The notes under the pieces were generated by a model. It was not told where the DNA came from. It ran no database searches and saw only the letters and a program-made list of their open reading frames with translations. A program made the position numbers and the translations under genes. A stretch of DNA of 64,000 bases from Candidatus Omnitrophota bacterium. GTDB taxonomy: Bacteria > Omnitrophota > Omnitrophia > Omnitrophales > Aquincolibacteriaceae. Shown one piece after another: positions 53,485 to 63,525 of the stretch. How positions within the stretch are numbered: position 1 is the stretch's first letter; each line of letters begins with the position of its first letter. Location of the stretch: contig CAISGE010000021.1 in NCBI GenBank assembly GCA_903884815.1, positions 64,448 through 128,447 on the forward strand, written 5' to 3'.

Positions 53485-54249
53485 TTATTCGGGCGGATTC
53501 ACCACCACATAGGTCGTCTGACCATTCTGATTCGCCTGCTGATACCAGGTGTCTCCGCATTGATAATAAAGCACGCCATCGACCCCAAGCGAACCGCAGG
53601 AGGCCCCGACGGTATTGAACTGATCCGTCGTCAGAACCGAACCGATGACCGCCGCAGCTGTCGCGCCGGCCACAACCGCGCCTCCATACGGCGCGCCTCC
53701 GTAGTATCCTCCGTGATGATAGTAATCATCGTAATCGGAGGCATAGTCCTGGCGATTCTGTTGCTGCTGTTGGCCGTACTGTTGGCGATTCTGCTGCTGG
53801 TCTTGCGCGAAATTTTGACGATCTTCCTGATTGGAATTTTGACGATCCTGCAAATTCCCCTGCCCGCCTTGGGCTTGAGAGAACCTGCCGCCTCCGTCAC
53901 CTTCTCTGCCGGCAAACCCTTCGCCGCCACCTTGGGAAAATCCGCCTCCTCCTCCCTCTCCACGGGAAAATCCACTCTCTCCGGAATCTCCGCCGCGGGA
54001 AAAACCACCTCCGCCACCTCGAGATTGACCGCCACCACCGAAGCTACCACTACTGGCAGACCCGCCACGGGAGAAACCACCGCCTCCTCCTCCGCCGCCA
54101 CCGCCTCGGGAATATCCTCCGCCACCGCCGCCACGGCCACCGCCTCCGCCGCCACCCCGAGCATCGGCATCTGCGATATTAAGTACAAACATGCCCATCA
54201 CGAGCAACGCGCCCCAAGACATTCCCTTGATCCATTTCTTTGAGCTCAT
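53485..54249 (-). CDS. secreted Gly/Arg-rich (RGG/FSRGG repeat), Q/N-rich low-complexity protein with Cys-containing C-terminal domain
   Basis: Signal peptide, then GGGGGGGRGGGGGGYSRGGGG.. repeats, a Q/N-rich stretch (QQQNRQQYGQQQQQNRQ), GGYYGGAPYGG and a C-terminal segment with two Cys. It overlaps the DUF2092 gene by 4 nt. Confidence 0.55.
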   Translation of the reverse strand: MSSKKWIKGMSWGALLVMGMFVLNIADADARGGGGGGGRGGGGGGYSRGGGGGGGGGGFSRGGSASSGSFGGGGQSRGGGGGFSRGGDSGESGFSRGEGGGGGFSQGGGEGFAGREGDGGGRFSQAQGGQGNLQDRQNSNQEDRQNFAQDQQQNRQQYGQQQQQNRQDYASDYDDYYHHGGYYGGAPYGGAVVAGATAAAVIGSVLTTDQFNTVGASCGSLGVDGVLYYQCGDTWYQQANQNGQTTYVVVNPPE

Positions 54250-55061
54250 GACTTCACCTCCGCCTTGACGACCGACTCTTCCGGTTTCTTTGTCTGCTTG
54301 GGTGAGAAAGCGATCTTTTTCGCGTCCGCGGGCGGAGTAAAAGCAAAGAATCCTTCCGGGATCTCGGGCGCAAGATTCCAGTTGCTGAGTTGCGCCCAGA
54401 ACTGAGGCGCCCCCTTATCCTGTTTGTAGGTGATCACGATCCTCTGAGGCAAAGGTTTGTCACCCTTTGCGATCCAAAGCTGCATATCCGCCTCATCTCC
54501 GCGCAAAGCTAGGTGATCACAAGGAACGCCGGCGATAAAGGAATCTTCAACGATCGCCGCCTCCCGCACTTTTTGGTCCAGAAAATCCTTGAGCTTGGTG
54601 GTCAGCATCATGGCCAACGGCAGCCGCAGGCCAAGGTCCTCGGTAAAATACTTGATAGCATCATCGACAGTACCGGTTTTCGGATCGCTCGCATAAACAT
54701 TATTTTGTTCGTAAAAAAGGGTCAGATCCTTTCCATTAAAGGAAACCCGGCTCTTCTTCCCATTTCGTGTGGTCGCGTCAACGCGAAGAAACCCGGGCCG
54801 ATCGAGCACCACCTGCCGCACTTCGCCAAACTCAATCTTCTGTCCGGAATCCTGAACGGAGTCAAATCCGGTATCCATCGTGACGCTCAGGCTCTTGGCG
54901 CCGGAAAGAAACTCCGACATCCGATCCACGATCGCCATCGCTTGATCCTTCGCCTGCGTTGGGGCAGCCGGCGCGGCAGGTTCTGCTCCCATCGCGGTTC
55001 CGGCCCAAAGCGTTAAGAAAATCACCCCGAGTCCGATAAAATTTTTCCCCTTCATGGACAA
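54246..55061 (-). CDS. DUF2092-like (LolA-fold-like) periplasmic protein
   Basis: 271 aa with signal peptide MSMKGKNFIGLGVIFLTLWAGTAMG. Family assignment is from memory. Confidence 0.55.
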   Translation of the reverse strand: MSMKGKNFIGLGVIFLTLWAGTAMGAEPAAPAAPTQAKDQAMAIVDRMSEFLSGAKSLSVTMDTGFDSVQDSGQKIEFGEVRQVVLDRPGFLRVDATTRNGKKSRVSFNGKDLTLFYEQNNVYASDPKTGTVDDAIKYFTEDLGLRLPLAMMLTTKLKDFLDQKVREAAIVEDSFIAGVPCDHLALRGDEADMQLWIAKGDKPLPQRIVITYKQDKGAPQFWAQLSNWNLAPEIPEGFFAFTPPADAKKIAFSPKQTKKPEESVVKAEVKS

Positions 55062-55095
55062 CCTCCTTTTTTATTTAAAAATTCGATCGCTAGAC

Positions 55096-57540
55096 CTAGT
55101 CGGAAACAGCCTTCTTCTGGGTAACTTCTTTTTGCGCCTGAGCGTGTGCTTGAGCGTCTGCGGCTTCCTCGGGTTTTAGATCGATCGTGACCTTGTCGAT
55201 CGTCCCGGTGAAAGAATAAGGCGCAGCAATGCCATAATCTTCGGTGACCGGTGTTTCGCCGTCTTCGCCAACATCGGAACCCTCATCCGCAGAAAAGAAT
55301 ATCTGCGTGCGATCGATACGCCCTTCGGCCACCTTTTCATCATTCACATAAAGCGTGCCCGTCCCGCCCTTGAACATACCGCCCCCGTCATAGGCAAATT
55401 CAAACCGGATGAACGCTTTGCCATTGGGCACCACTTGTGTTCCGGCGATCGTCGTCCGTTTCATGCCCAGGAAATTGTAAGTGTAGGCGGGCTTCCCGTC
55501 CTTCAGATACAAACTCCATCCGCCAAATCTCCCGGCCTGAGCGAGAATCACGCCGTTCGCGCCGCCCGCCGGGATATTCACCTCGGCGTTGATGGAGTGA
55601 GAACGGCACTTGGTGTTGATAAAAACATTCTCGGACATCCCCGTCATGCCTTCATAGACTGTGAGCGATGTGCGGCCGGCTAAAAGATCGGGACGTCCGA
55701 CGAGTGCCGCGTCCATGCGTTCAAGGAACCGGTCATCCAAAGGAAGCACCGGGTACTTTACCGCTTCCTTCATAAAAAGGCCCTGCATCTCTTTGAGCTT
55801 CTCGGGATTCGCCGCGGCCAGATCATTCGTCAGACTGAAATCGTTGGCCGTGTTATAAAGTTCCCACTTGTCATTTTGGAGCGTGGCCCGGGGCTTCGGC
55901 TCCCAGGGTGCCTTGTGAACGGTGCCTGCATACCAACCGTCGTTATAGATCGCGCGATTACCGAACATTTCGAAGTACTGGGTCAGATGGCGATCCTTGG
56001 CTTTGGCGTCATTGAAGGCATAAAGCATGCTCACACCTTCGATAGGTGTTTGCACGACCCCATCCACAACTTTGGGCTCGGGCAGACCCGCGGCCTCGAG
56101 GATAGTAGGAACCACGTCAATGACGTGATGCCACTGAGACCGGATCTCCCCTGTGGCCTTGATATGCTTGGGCCAATACACCACCAACCCGTTCCGGGTG
56201 CCGCCATAATTCGACGCAACTTGTTTGGTCCACATAAAAGGCGTATCTCCCGCAACAGCCCAGCCTGCCGCGTAGTGATTGTAGGTGGTGGCACTTCCCA
56301 GTTCATCGTAATGCTTCAGGATCTCCGGTACCGATTCCGGCACCGCGTTAAAGTAGGACATCTCGTTAAAGACGCCGTTCATGCCGCCTTCGGCGCTCGC
56401 GCCGTTATCGCCGAGAATATAGAAAACGAGCGTGTTCTCCATTTGCCCCATATCTTCGATCGACTTGAGAAGCCTGCCGACCTCATGATCGGTGTACTCC
56501 GCGTAGCCGGCGAAGACTTCCATCTGCCGGGCAAAGAGTTTTTTCTCGTCGGCGCTGAGCTTGTCCCAATCCTTGATCGCTTCGGGCTTGGGCGCAAGCT
56601 TCGTGTCCGGAGGAACAACCCCGAGTTTAATCTGGCGCGCGAGAGTTTCCTCCCGAAGTTTGTCCCATCCCTGATCGAATCTCCCTTTGTTCTTCTCGAT
56701 CCAGCCCTTCGGCACATGATGCGGCGCGTGCGTCGCGCCCGGTGCGAAGTAGATAAAGAAAGGTTTGTCCGGTGTGAACGCCTTTTCAGACCGCATCCAG
56801 GAGATCGCGTGATCGGTCATATCGGTCATAAAATGATAATCAGGGTCTGTCGACACTTCGATCTTCGTCATATCTTCATAGATCGCCGGTGCCCATTGAT
56901 TGGCCTCCCCGCCCATGAACCCGTAGAACTTATCAAATCCGCTGCGGGTCGGCCAGCGATCGGTCGGCCCTGAAGGACTAACTTCCCATGCCGCAGTCTC
57001 ATGATTTTTTCCGAAATGAGCGGTCGCGTAACCGTTGTACCGCAGCATCTTGGCAAGCGGCGCCACGCTTTCCGGCCGCTGTCCCGTGTCGCCGGGGAAC
57101 GATGTCGCGGTTTCCGTTATCGAACCCATATTGTTCGTATGGTGGTTTCTGCCTGACAAAAGTGCCGCACGGGTTGGTGAGCTGAGCGCGGTCGTATGGA
57201 ACTGATTGAAGCGAAGACCTTCATTGGCCAATCGTGCGGCATTGGGCATACTGCACGGCCCGCCGAAAGCACTGGACTGGCCGAAGCCCATGTCATCGAT
57301 CAGAACAATGAGAACATTGGGCGCACCGGTGGGAGCTTTGACAGAAAATCGCGCCGGCGCCGTCGCATCGCGGGCATCCAGCACCGTGCTGCGAGGGTAT
57401 TGGGGTTCATGGATCGGAAGCTGGGTGCGATCCGGCTCAAATTTTGATTGTTGGGTCTGACACATCCCGGTGGAAGGCATAAACACGGTCGCCAAACTGA
57501 CGCCGAGACTTATCGTGGATGTTAGTTTATTTTTTTTCAT
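55096..57540 (-). CDS. arylsulfatase (Ser-type, large ~800-aa form), probable lipoprotein
   Basis: APNVLIVLIDDMGFG, TALSSPTRAALLSGRNHH (S-x-P-x-R), GKNHE-like and C-terminal sulfatase domains. The N-terminal 25 aa are near-identical to those of 58021-60570. Confidence 0.85.
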   Translation of the reverse strand: MKKNKLTSTISLGVSLATVFMPSTGMCQTQQSKFEPDRTQLPIHEPQYPRSTVLDARDATAPARFSVKAPTGAPNVLIVLIDDMGFGQSSAFGGPCSMPNAARLANEGLRFNQFHTTALSSPTRAALLSGRNHHTNNMGSITETATSFPGDTGQRPESVAPLAKMLRYNGYATAHFGKNHETAAWEVSPSGPTDRWPTRSGFDKFYGFMGGEANQWAPAIYEDMTKIEVSTDPDYHFMTDMTDHAISWMRSEKAFTPDKPFFIYFAPGATHAPHHVPKGWIEKNKGRFDQGWDKLREETLARQIKLGVVPPDTKLAPKPEAIKDWDKLSADEKKLFARQMEVFAGYAEYTDHEVGRLLKSIEDMGQMENTLVFYILGDNGASAEGGMNGVFNEMSYFNAVPESVPEILKHYDELGSATTYNHYAAGWAVAGDTPFMWTKQVASNYGGTRNGLVVYWPKHIKATGEIRSQWHHVIDVVPTILEAAGLPEPKVVDGVVQTPIEGVSMLYAFNDAKAKDRHLTQYFEMFGNRAIYNDGWYAGTVHKAPWEPKPRATLQNDKWELYNTANDFSLTNDLAAANPEKLKEMQGLFMKEAVKYPVLPLDDRFLERMDAALVGRPDLLAGRTSLTVYEGMTGMSENVFINTKCRSHSINAEVNIPAGGANGVILAQAGRFGGWSLYLKDGKPAYTYNFLGMKRTTIAGTQVVPNGKAFIRFEFAYDGGGMFKGGTGTLYVNDEKVAEGRIDRTQIFFSADEGSDVGEDGETPVTEDYGIAAPYSFTGTIDKVTIDLKPEEAADAQAHAQAQKEVTQKKAVSD

Positions 57541-57550
57541 CCCGTTTCTC

Positions 57551-58006
57551 CTAATTGGCTTTCATGAACTTCGTACCTCTATCTCTTACGAACGCCAAAA
57601 TCAAAAGCGTCGTCAGAATTGCGTGCAAACCCATCGCTGGCCACAACAGCAGCCCAACCCATTCGCCGCGGATACCAAGATACAAAAGGTATAGCGTGAC
57701 AAGTATGCCGTACGTCAACATACCGGAACGTGAAGCGTTTGCAGGGAAACACCCGACACCCAGCGAGATCAAAGCGATTCCGGCCACGCGCGCCACAGGT
57801 ATAGAAACCCCGGTAAGCTCCGCGCCAAGCAACAGCCTCACGATGAGCGAAGGAACAAAAATCAGCAATACTCCCGCGGCTGCTTCGGCCACGGAGGTGA
57901 GAGTTAAGATCTTTTTTATGTTGCTATCCCCTCTCAATTTAATATCACCGTCATCATGAGACGCACGAACAGCTTCGAAGGATTTCAAAGCAGCCCGCGT
58001 AATCAC
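57551..58006 (-). CDS. hypothetical small membrane protein
   Basis: 151-aa ORF with 3-4 predicted TM helices, co-oriented between the two sulfatase paralogs. No family recognised. Confidence 0.4.
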   Translation of the reverse strand: MITRAALKSFEAVRASHDDGDIKLRGDSNIKKILTLTSVAEAAAGVLLIFVPSLIVRLLLGAELTGVSIPVARVAGIALISLGVGCFPANASRSGMLTYGILVTLYLLYLGIRGEWVGLLLWPAMGLHAILTTLLILAFVRDRGTKFMKAN

Positions 58007-58020
58007 AAAACAGACGAACT

Positions 58021-60570
58021 TTACTCGCTGGCTTTATTGTTCTGCTGAGCCGCTTCGAGTGTCTTGATATCCTCGGACGACAACTTCGGCCGGTCGATCT
58101 TGATCGTCAATTTGTTGAGTTTTCCCGTAAAAGTGAACGGCGGCTGGTAATCCGCATCGTTTACGCCTGTCAACGTATCCGAGCCGATATCAAAGCTCTC
58201 GTCCCATTGCAGGATCATGGGAAGCGTGTGCGGCATGGCCTGGGTATCCACGACCTTTCCATCCACCTTAAGCATGCCGGTACCGGGGCGACCGAGACCG
58301 CTCATGTTGTTGAATGCGAGCGTTCCCACTCCAAGACCGTCGTATTTGAAATCGAATTCAACGGTGTGCTTACCGGGAGTAAGCGCATCCGGAGATTCCC
58401 ACCGAATGCGCTTCAAGTCGACGAGGTTCCAGAGGAACACCGGTTTCCCTTTGAGCAAATAAAATCCGTAACCGGCGAACCGGCCGCCGGAGGTTAGAAG
58501 CATACCTTCGGCTCCTTCGGCGGGGACTTCGATATCCGCGGTAATGGTGTACGAGCTGTTCAGGATGGACGGCGAATCGCCCTGAGGTAGACCGACCATG
58601 GGTTTGGTATAAACAAACTCAGTGCGACCGGCCGTGATATTCGGACGCGGGGCCACAAGGCGACCGGCAACGGAGGCATCCATCGGGAAAACTTGGTATT
58701 TCTTGGCTTCCTCAATGAACATCGCCTTCATCTTCTTGACCTTGTCGGGATATTGATCAGCAATATTCTTGGACTGGCTGAAGTCCGTGTTCAGGTCGTA
58801 GAGCTCAAGCACCTGGTTGTTAAGCGGATCGGTGTTGGCAGGGCCGAAGGCTTCCCACGGCGCGCGGTTCACCTTGGTGCTCAAGAGCCATCCTTCATTA
58901 TAAAGAGCCCACTGTCCCATCATCTCGAAATACTGGGTTTTGTGCCGCGAGACAGCTTTGGCATTCGCCTGGTCGAACGTATAAACGAGGCTCGTCCCCT
59001 CGATGGGCGCCTGCTTGATACCGTCCACGGTTTCGGGCGCCTGGATACCGGCGGCCTCGAGGATGGTCGGCACGATGTCGATCACATGGCAGAATTGCTC
59101 ACGCAAACCGCCCTTGTCCTTAATGCGTGCCGGCCAAGAAACCACCATGTTCTGGCGAATGCCGCCGAGCTTGGACGCGTTCTGCTTGAACCAGGTAAAC
59201 GGTGTATCAAAAACCCAAGACCAACCGGCCGACATGTGGTTGTAGGTCTGCTCGGTCCCCCACACGTCATACCACTTCATTTGCGTCTCGACAGGCATCT
59301 CGTTGACACCGTTGAACCAAGCGACTTCGTTAGGCGTCCCCATGGGGCCACCTTCGGCACTGGTACCGTTGTCACCATTGATGTAGATGATCAGCGTGTT
59401 ATCGAGCTTGCCCATGTCTTCAATGGCTTGAATAACCCGACCGGTCTCATAATCGCTATAGGCCGCATAGGCAGCAAAGACTTCCGCCTGTTTGATAAAA
59501 AGCTTCTTCTCCTCGGCTGTCAAATCATCCCAGTTCTTGAGAATTTTCGATGGCCAAGACTCCAGCTGCGTGTTCTGCGGGATCACGCCGAGGCGTTTCT
59601 GGTTCTCAAAGATCTTCTCGCGAAGCTTGTTCCACCCTTCGTCAAAGAGATGCATGTTATGGATCTTATCCACCCATTCCTTCGTCGGATGATGCGGCGC
59701 ATGAGTGGCTCCCGGCGCGTATTTCATGAAGAAGGGTTTCTCGGGCATCGTTTGATTCATACGATTGAGATAATCAATGGCATCATCGGCCATCCCGGTG
59801 ACCAGATTCCAGCCGGGTTTACCCTCGAAAGGATAAATCTGGGTGGTATTGCGAAAGAGATTCGGCTGCCACTGATTGGCATCACCGCCGACAAAACCGT
59901 AGAAATACTCGAAGCCCATACCAATCGGCCATTGATCGAACGGTCCGGCCTGGCTGGCGGCAAAGGACGGAGTGTTGTGCTCCTTGCCAAACCACGAAGT
60001 AGCATAGCCGTTATCAAGCAAAATGCGTCCGATCGTAGCCTTGTCTTCGGCGATAATGCTGTTATAGCCCGGGAAGCCGGTGGACTGTTCGGAGACCACA
60101 CCGAAACCTGCCGAGTGGTGATTGCGACCGGTGATAAGCGCGGCACGCGTCGGGGAACTCAGCGCCGTGGAATGAATGTTGTTGTAACGAAGACCGCTCT
60201 GTGCAAGGCGATCCATCGTGGGCGTCGGGATAACACCGCCGAAGGTACTCGGTACGCCAAATCCGGAGTCATCGGTAATGATGAGCAGCACATTGGGTGC
60301 GCCTTTAGGCGGCACGGTACGCGGCGCCCACCAAGGTTTCGATTGAAGGGCATCATTCTTGATCACACCGCCGAATTTCGCATCGGGCGCGGGAAGTTGT
60401 TTGCCATCAATGCTTGCCGTCGCGCTTGCGGAACCCATTTCTCCGCTCACGAGCTGGCGCACAGGCTGCTTGTCATCTTGATTCGTCTTACAGATACCGG
60501 GCGTCGGCATGAACAAAGTCGCGAGACTCACACCGAGACTGATGCTCGATGTTAATTTGTTTTTTTTCAT
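58021..60570 (-). CDS. arylsulfatase (Ser-type, large ~850-aa form), tandem paralog of 55096-57540
   Basis: APNVLLIITDDSGFG, TALSSPTRAALITGRNHH and the same domain order. The N-terminus MKKNKLTSSISLGVSLATLFMPTPGIC is shared with its neighbour. Confidence 0.85.
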   Translation of the reverse strand: MKKNKLTSSISLGVSLATLFMPTPGICKTNQDDKQPVRQLVSGEMGSASATASIDGKQLPAPDAKFGGVIKNDALQSKPWWAPRTVPPKGAPNVLLIITDDSGFGVPSTFGGVIPTPTMDRLAQSGLRYNNIHSTALSSPTRAALITGRNHHSAGFGVVSEQSTGFPGYNSIIAEDKATIGRILLDNGYATSWFGKEHNTPSFAASQAGPFDQWPIGMGFEYFYGFVGGDANQWQPNLFRNTTQIYPFEGKPGWNLVTGMADDAIDYLNRMNQTMPEKPFFMKYAPGATHAPHHPTKEWVDKIHNMHLFDEGWNKLREKIFENQKRLGVIPQNTQLESWPSKILKNWDDLTAEEKKLFIKQAEVFAAYAAYSDYETGRVIQAIEDMGKLDNTLIIYINGDNGTSAEGGPMGTPNEVAWFNGVNEMPVETQMKWYDVWGTEQTYNHMSAGWSWVFDTPFTWFKQNASKLGGIRQNMVVSWPARIKDKGGLREQFCHVIDIVPTILEAAGIQAPETVDGIKQAPIEGTSLVYTFDQANAKAVSRHKTQYFEMMGQWALYNEGWLLSTKVNRAPWEAFGPANTDPLNNQVLELYDLNTDFSQSKNIADQYPDKVKKMKAMFIEEAKKYQVFPMDASVAGRLVAPRPNITAGRTEFVYTKPMVGLPQGDSPSILNSSYTITADIEVPAEGAEGMLLTSGGRFAGYGFYLLKGKPVFLWNLVDLKRIRWESPDALTPGKHTVEFDFKYDGLGVGTLAFNNMSGLGRPGTGMLKVDGKVVDTQAMPHTLPMILQWDESFDIGSDTLTGVNDADYQPPFTFTGKLNKLTIKIDRPKLSSEDIKTLEAAQQNNKASE

Positions 60571-60616
60571 TTTAGTTCCCCCCGTGGAAGGTTAAAAAAG
60601 AAAAAATCCGTTCGTC

Positions 60617-61327
60617 TCAAATCCAGCCCTGTTGCTGGAAGCGGGTCTGGAGCCGGCTCGCGATCTCCTGGGCGGTCTGTTGAGCCCGTCCCTGAACCGT
60701 GCTGCTGCCATTTTCCTCCTGATAAACTTTCATGCCGCCGCCCACTATAAGCCCCACGGGATTGCCAGTGGCGAGAAGCGTGGCAAGGCCCGCAGCGCCC
60801 CCCGGTGTTTTTCCTCCTGTGGAATCCGCAACGCCGGACCCGAGTTTGCGAAGTCCTTGTGACGTCATCTGATAAACTTCAACCATGGCTTTTAGTTCAG
60901 ACGCACCAGCGCCCAATCCGATCCCGACACGTTCCGCGGCATTGCCTTGATTGACCGAGAGAAGATAGCCCCGGATCACAAGGTCATTGAGCTGTGGCTG
61001 GGAGGGTGAAAAAGCAAGCCTCGCCGGTAACCCCATTCCCACGATCGCCCCGATCAATTGGCTCGCTATTTCGGAGCCAACCCTGCGTCCCTCGGCGATC
61101 TGGTCGGGCGTCTGAGCTATTTGCGGATCAAATTGTCCGGCAATGGAAGCATTGGCGGGCATATCAGACGGCGTCGCGGCAAAGCGGTAGACCCAGATCG
61201 TATTGGGCCTTGGAAGCTGGCCGACGTAATTGATCTGCGTATCGCTCACGTCCGTTGAAGCGCATCCGGAGACAAGAGCCGCCAAGAGTACCGGAATAAG
61301 AAACTGAATAAGCCTTTTCGATTTCAT
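60617..61327 (-). CDS. putative lipoprotein (DUF4410-like)
   Basis: Start at the ATG at 61327 (MKSKRLIQFLIPVLLAALVSGC lipobox) with AGGAA 9 nt upstream. Gly-rich C-terminal half. Confidence 0.5.
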   Translation of the reverse strand: MKSKRLIQFLIPVLLAALVSGCASTDVSDTQINYVGQLPRPNTIWVYRFAATPSDMPANASIAGQFDPQIAQTPDQIAEGRRVGSEIASQLIGAIVGMGLPARLAFSPSQPQLNDLVIRGYLLSVNQGNAAERVGIGLGAGASELKAMVEVYQMTSQGLRKLGSGVADSTGGKTPGGAAGLATLLATGNPVGLIVGGGMKVYQEENGSSTVQGRAQQTAQEIASRLQTRFQQQGWI

Positions 61328-61375
61328 GATCATTTCCTTATATTTGAGGTTGGTTCCGGGAAACAAAACCCGCAG

Positions 61376-61876
61376 TTAACTGACGCTGTAGCCTTTGCCG
61401 GTCATGCAGGCCGAAAAAGCTCGATTGTAGGTGGCATATTGATTCTGTAACTTCGTCACCTGTTGCTGTGATTGTTGGGCTTGCGCTTCACGGGACATAT
61501 CAATCTTTTGCCCAACACCCCGCATGGCACCCGCCGTGACTCCCATCGTAGCGCCTTTCCCGGCACCCGAATCCATGTTTTTATTGATCGCCCCCAATGC
61601 TGATCCTACGGCCACACCGCGAACCGCTCCGCGAAGGACGGGTCTTTGCTGCGGCGCTACATTTTGCGATTGTGCAACTGAAAGTTGCCCCTGGAGATAA
61701 GCCGGATTCACTCCTGTGGTTTGCTGTGCCCATACTTGGCAGGCATTGGCATCCGATCCTTGCTGCTGAGGATTTTGACCATTTTTTGGATAAACGATCG
61801 GCTGCTCAACATTTGCCGCCAAAGCCTGACTGCCACCCGCCATGATCAAAAAAGCCATGATCATAAAATATCGCAT
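61376..61876 (-). CDS. secreted glycine-zipper protein
   Basis: Signal peptide, Q-rich region and glycine-zipper GAVRGVAVGSALGAI .. GATMGVTAGAMRGVG. Confidence 0.5.
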   Translation of the reverse strand: MRYFMIMAFLIMAGGSQALAANVEQPIVYPKNGQNPQQQGSDANACQVWAQQTTGVNPAYLQGQLSVAQSQNVAPQQRPVLRGAVRGVAVGSALGAINKNMDSGAGKGATMGVTAGAMRGVGQKIDMSREAQAQQSQQQVTKLQNQYATYNRAFSACMTGKGYSVS

Positions 61877-61895
61877 TTTGTCATCCTCCGTGTGT

Positions 61896-63227
61896 TTAGA
61901 AACTTACCGCGCCGGCGGGGCTCCCCGCATTTTCTTTTTTGCTGTCGACTTCGCCCTTGCCGAACTTCCAGCGAAAGGTCATTCCGACACAATTGATGAA
62001 CTGATTGTAGTCTCCTTCAAATTGTTTTCCGAGTACCGTCCCATCCGGAACGATCACTTGAAGGTCCTTATCGATGCGGGCCTTTCCAAGGTCGATGAAC
62101 TCATAATTGAGACTGATCACCATGTTTTTGTTGAGATCATAATCAAAACCCGTCGCGTAGCGCCACTGTTCGGAAGCCGGTAATGTTGGAAGCCGGTTTG
62201 CGAGCGATGTCGGATCGCTATCATAAGAAAACCCCGCTTTCAGCAGCAGCCGCTGGACCGGACGATAATGGGCACCGAGACCGACCCTCCAGGTATCCTT
62301 CCAGTCTTCGTTAACATCCACCGTCGTTTTAGGAAAACGTATTGTTTCACGGTTGAACGCGCTCCAGTCCTGCCACCCCACATCCGCGAGCACCGCCCAT
62401 TGGGGGTTGAGGTCTTGATAGCCGCTCACCATAATGCTTCTCGCGATCGGAAGCTCGATGTGCATTCGGGGATGACCGCCTACATTCGCGCCCAGAACAG
62501 GTCCAAGACCCTCAGTTTTTGCTTTCCCCTCCAAATTAAAATTCGCCTGGGAGCGGTACGCCACGCCAATCCGCGTCCCCTTCCTTGGCTCCAGCAATAC
62601 CCCGAGGTTATACCCCACGCGCCAATCGGACGCCGTGACTTTGAGATTTCCATCACTAGGTCCGAGGTTATTAACCGCCATCTCGTTCTTAGCGACGGCA
62701 TAATAAACCGAAAGACCCGCACCGACAGACAGCCAATCGTTCACTTTATACGCGACTGAGGGATTAATATTCGCGACTGCCAACATGGATTCCTGAATGG
62801 CATACCGGCCCTTCCAACTGTGGTCATAATCAATCCCGAATCCCGCGGGAGCGTTTAAGGCAAGGCCCACGGCGGCTCGGCCGTTGAATAACTTTTGCAC
62901 GTAATAAAACCCGCCGCCCGGAAGGACCATGCCCGCATTCCCGCCGTCATTCCCCGTGGGGGGATTTGTGACACCGCTATCCGTTCTGAATTTTGCAGTA
63001 TAGACCATGAGCTGACTTCCTAATTCAAGTTCGGAGCGCTCGAGGTGGGTCATGCCGGCCGGATTGAAATAGGCGATCGAGGCATCTTCCGCGTAAGCCG
63101 CCTGCCCGACATTCGCCGTCCCGATACTCGGCTGTCCTTGTTCATAAGACGTCAGCCCGCTCGCCAAAATGGTTCCGGGAACGAGGCCCAAAGCAACCAT
63201 CACCATCGCAAGATAACGCATTCTCAT
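61896..63227 (-). CDS. outer-membrane transport protein, FadL/TodX (OMPP1) family
   Basis: Signal peptide, N-terminal hatch motif AYFNPAGM, about 14 beta-strand pattern, C-terminal ..GMTFRWKF. Confidence 0.75.
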   Translation of the reverse strand: MRMRYLAMVMVALGLVPGTILASGLTSYEQGQPSIGTANVGQAAYAEDASIAYFNPAGMTHLERSELELGSQLMVYTAKFRTDSGVTNPPTGNDGGNAGMVLPGGGFYYVQKLFNGRAAVGLALNAPAGFGIDYDHSWKGRYAIQESMLAVANINPSVAYKVNDWLSVGAGLSVYYAVAKNEMAVNNLGPSDGNLKVTASDWRVGYNLGVLLEPRKGTRIGVAYRSQANFNLEGKAKTEGLGPVLGANVGGHPRMHIELPIARSIMVSGYQDLNPQWAVLADVGWQDWSAFNRETIRFPKTTVDVNEDWKDTWRVGLGAHYRPVQRLLLKAGFSYDSDPTSLANRLPTLPASEQWRYATGFDYDLNKNMVISLNYEFIDLGKARIDKDLQVIVPDGTVLGKQFEGDYNQFINCVGMTFRWKFGKGEVDSKKENAGSPAGAVSF

Positions 63228-63525
63228 ACCACCCCCATGTTCAAATAGTTTAAGTCAGTCAGGGATCTTTGACCCGCAAGCCTCAAAATGAATCTCTTCC
63301 GGTGTAATACCCCTCTCTCGAATCCAACTTCACGGTGTTCAGTTACGTGTTTTCGAACGTTGTAACCTTGACCTGATTGGAGAGATCTCGCTGGGCACAT
63401 CAGGCATTATCCTCGCATTTCTTCGTTTCTTTGCCTTAGCCACTTCTCCTTTTTCTATCACCAGACCCAGCGATAATAGCGTTAACTTAAATCCAAGTCT
63501 AGTCGCTTAAATCAATCGGATATCA

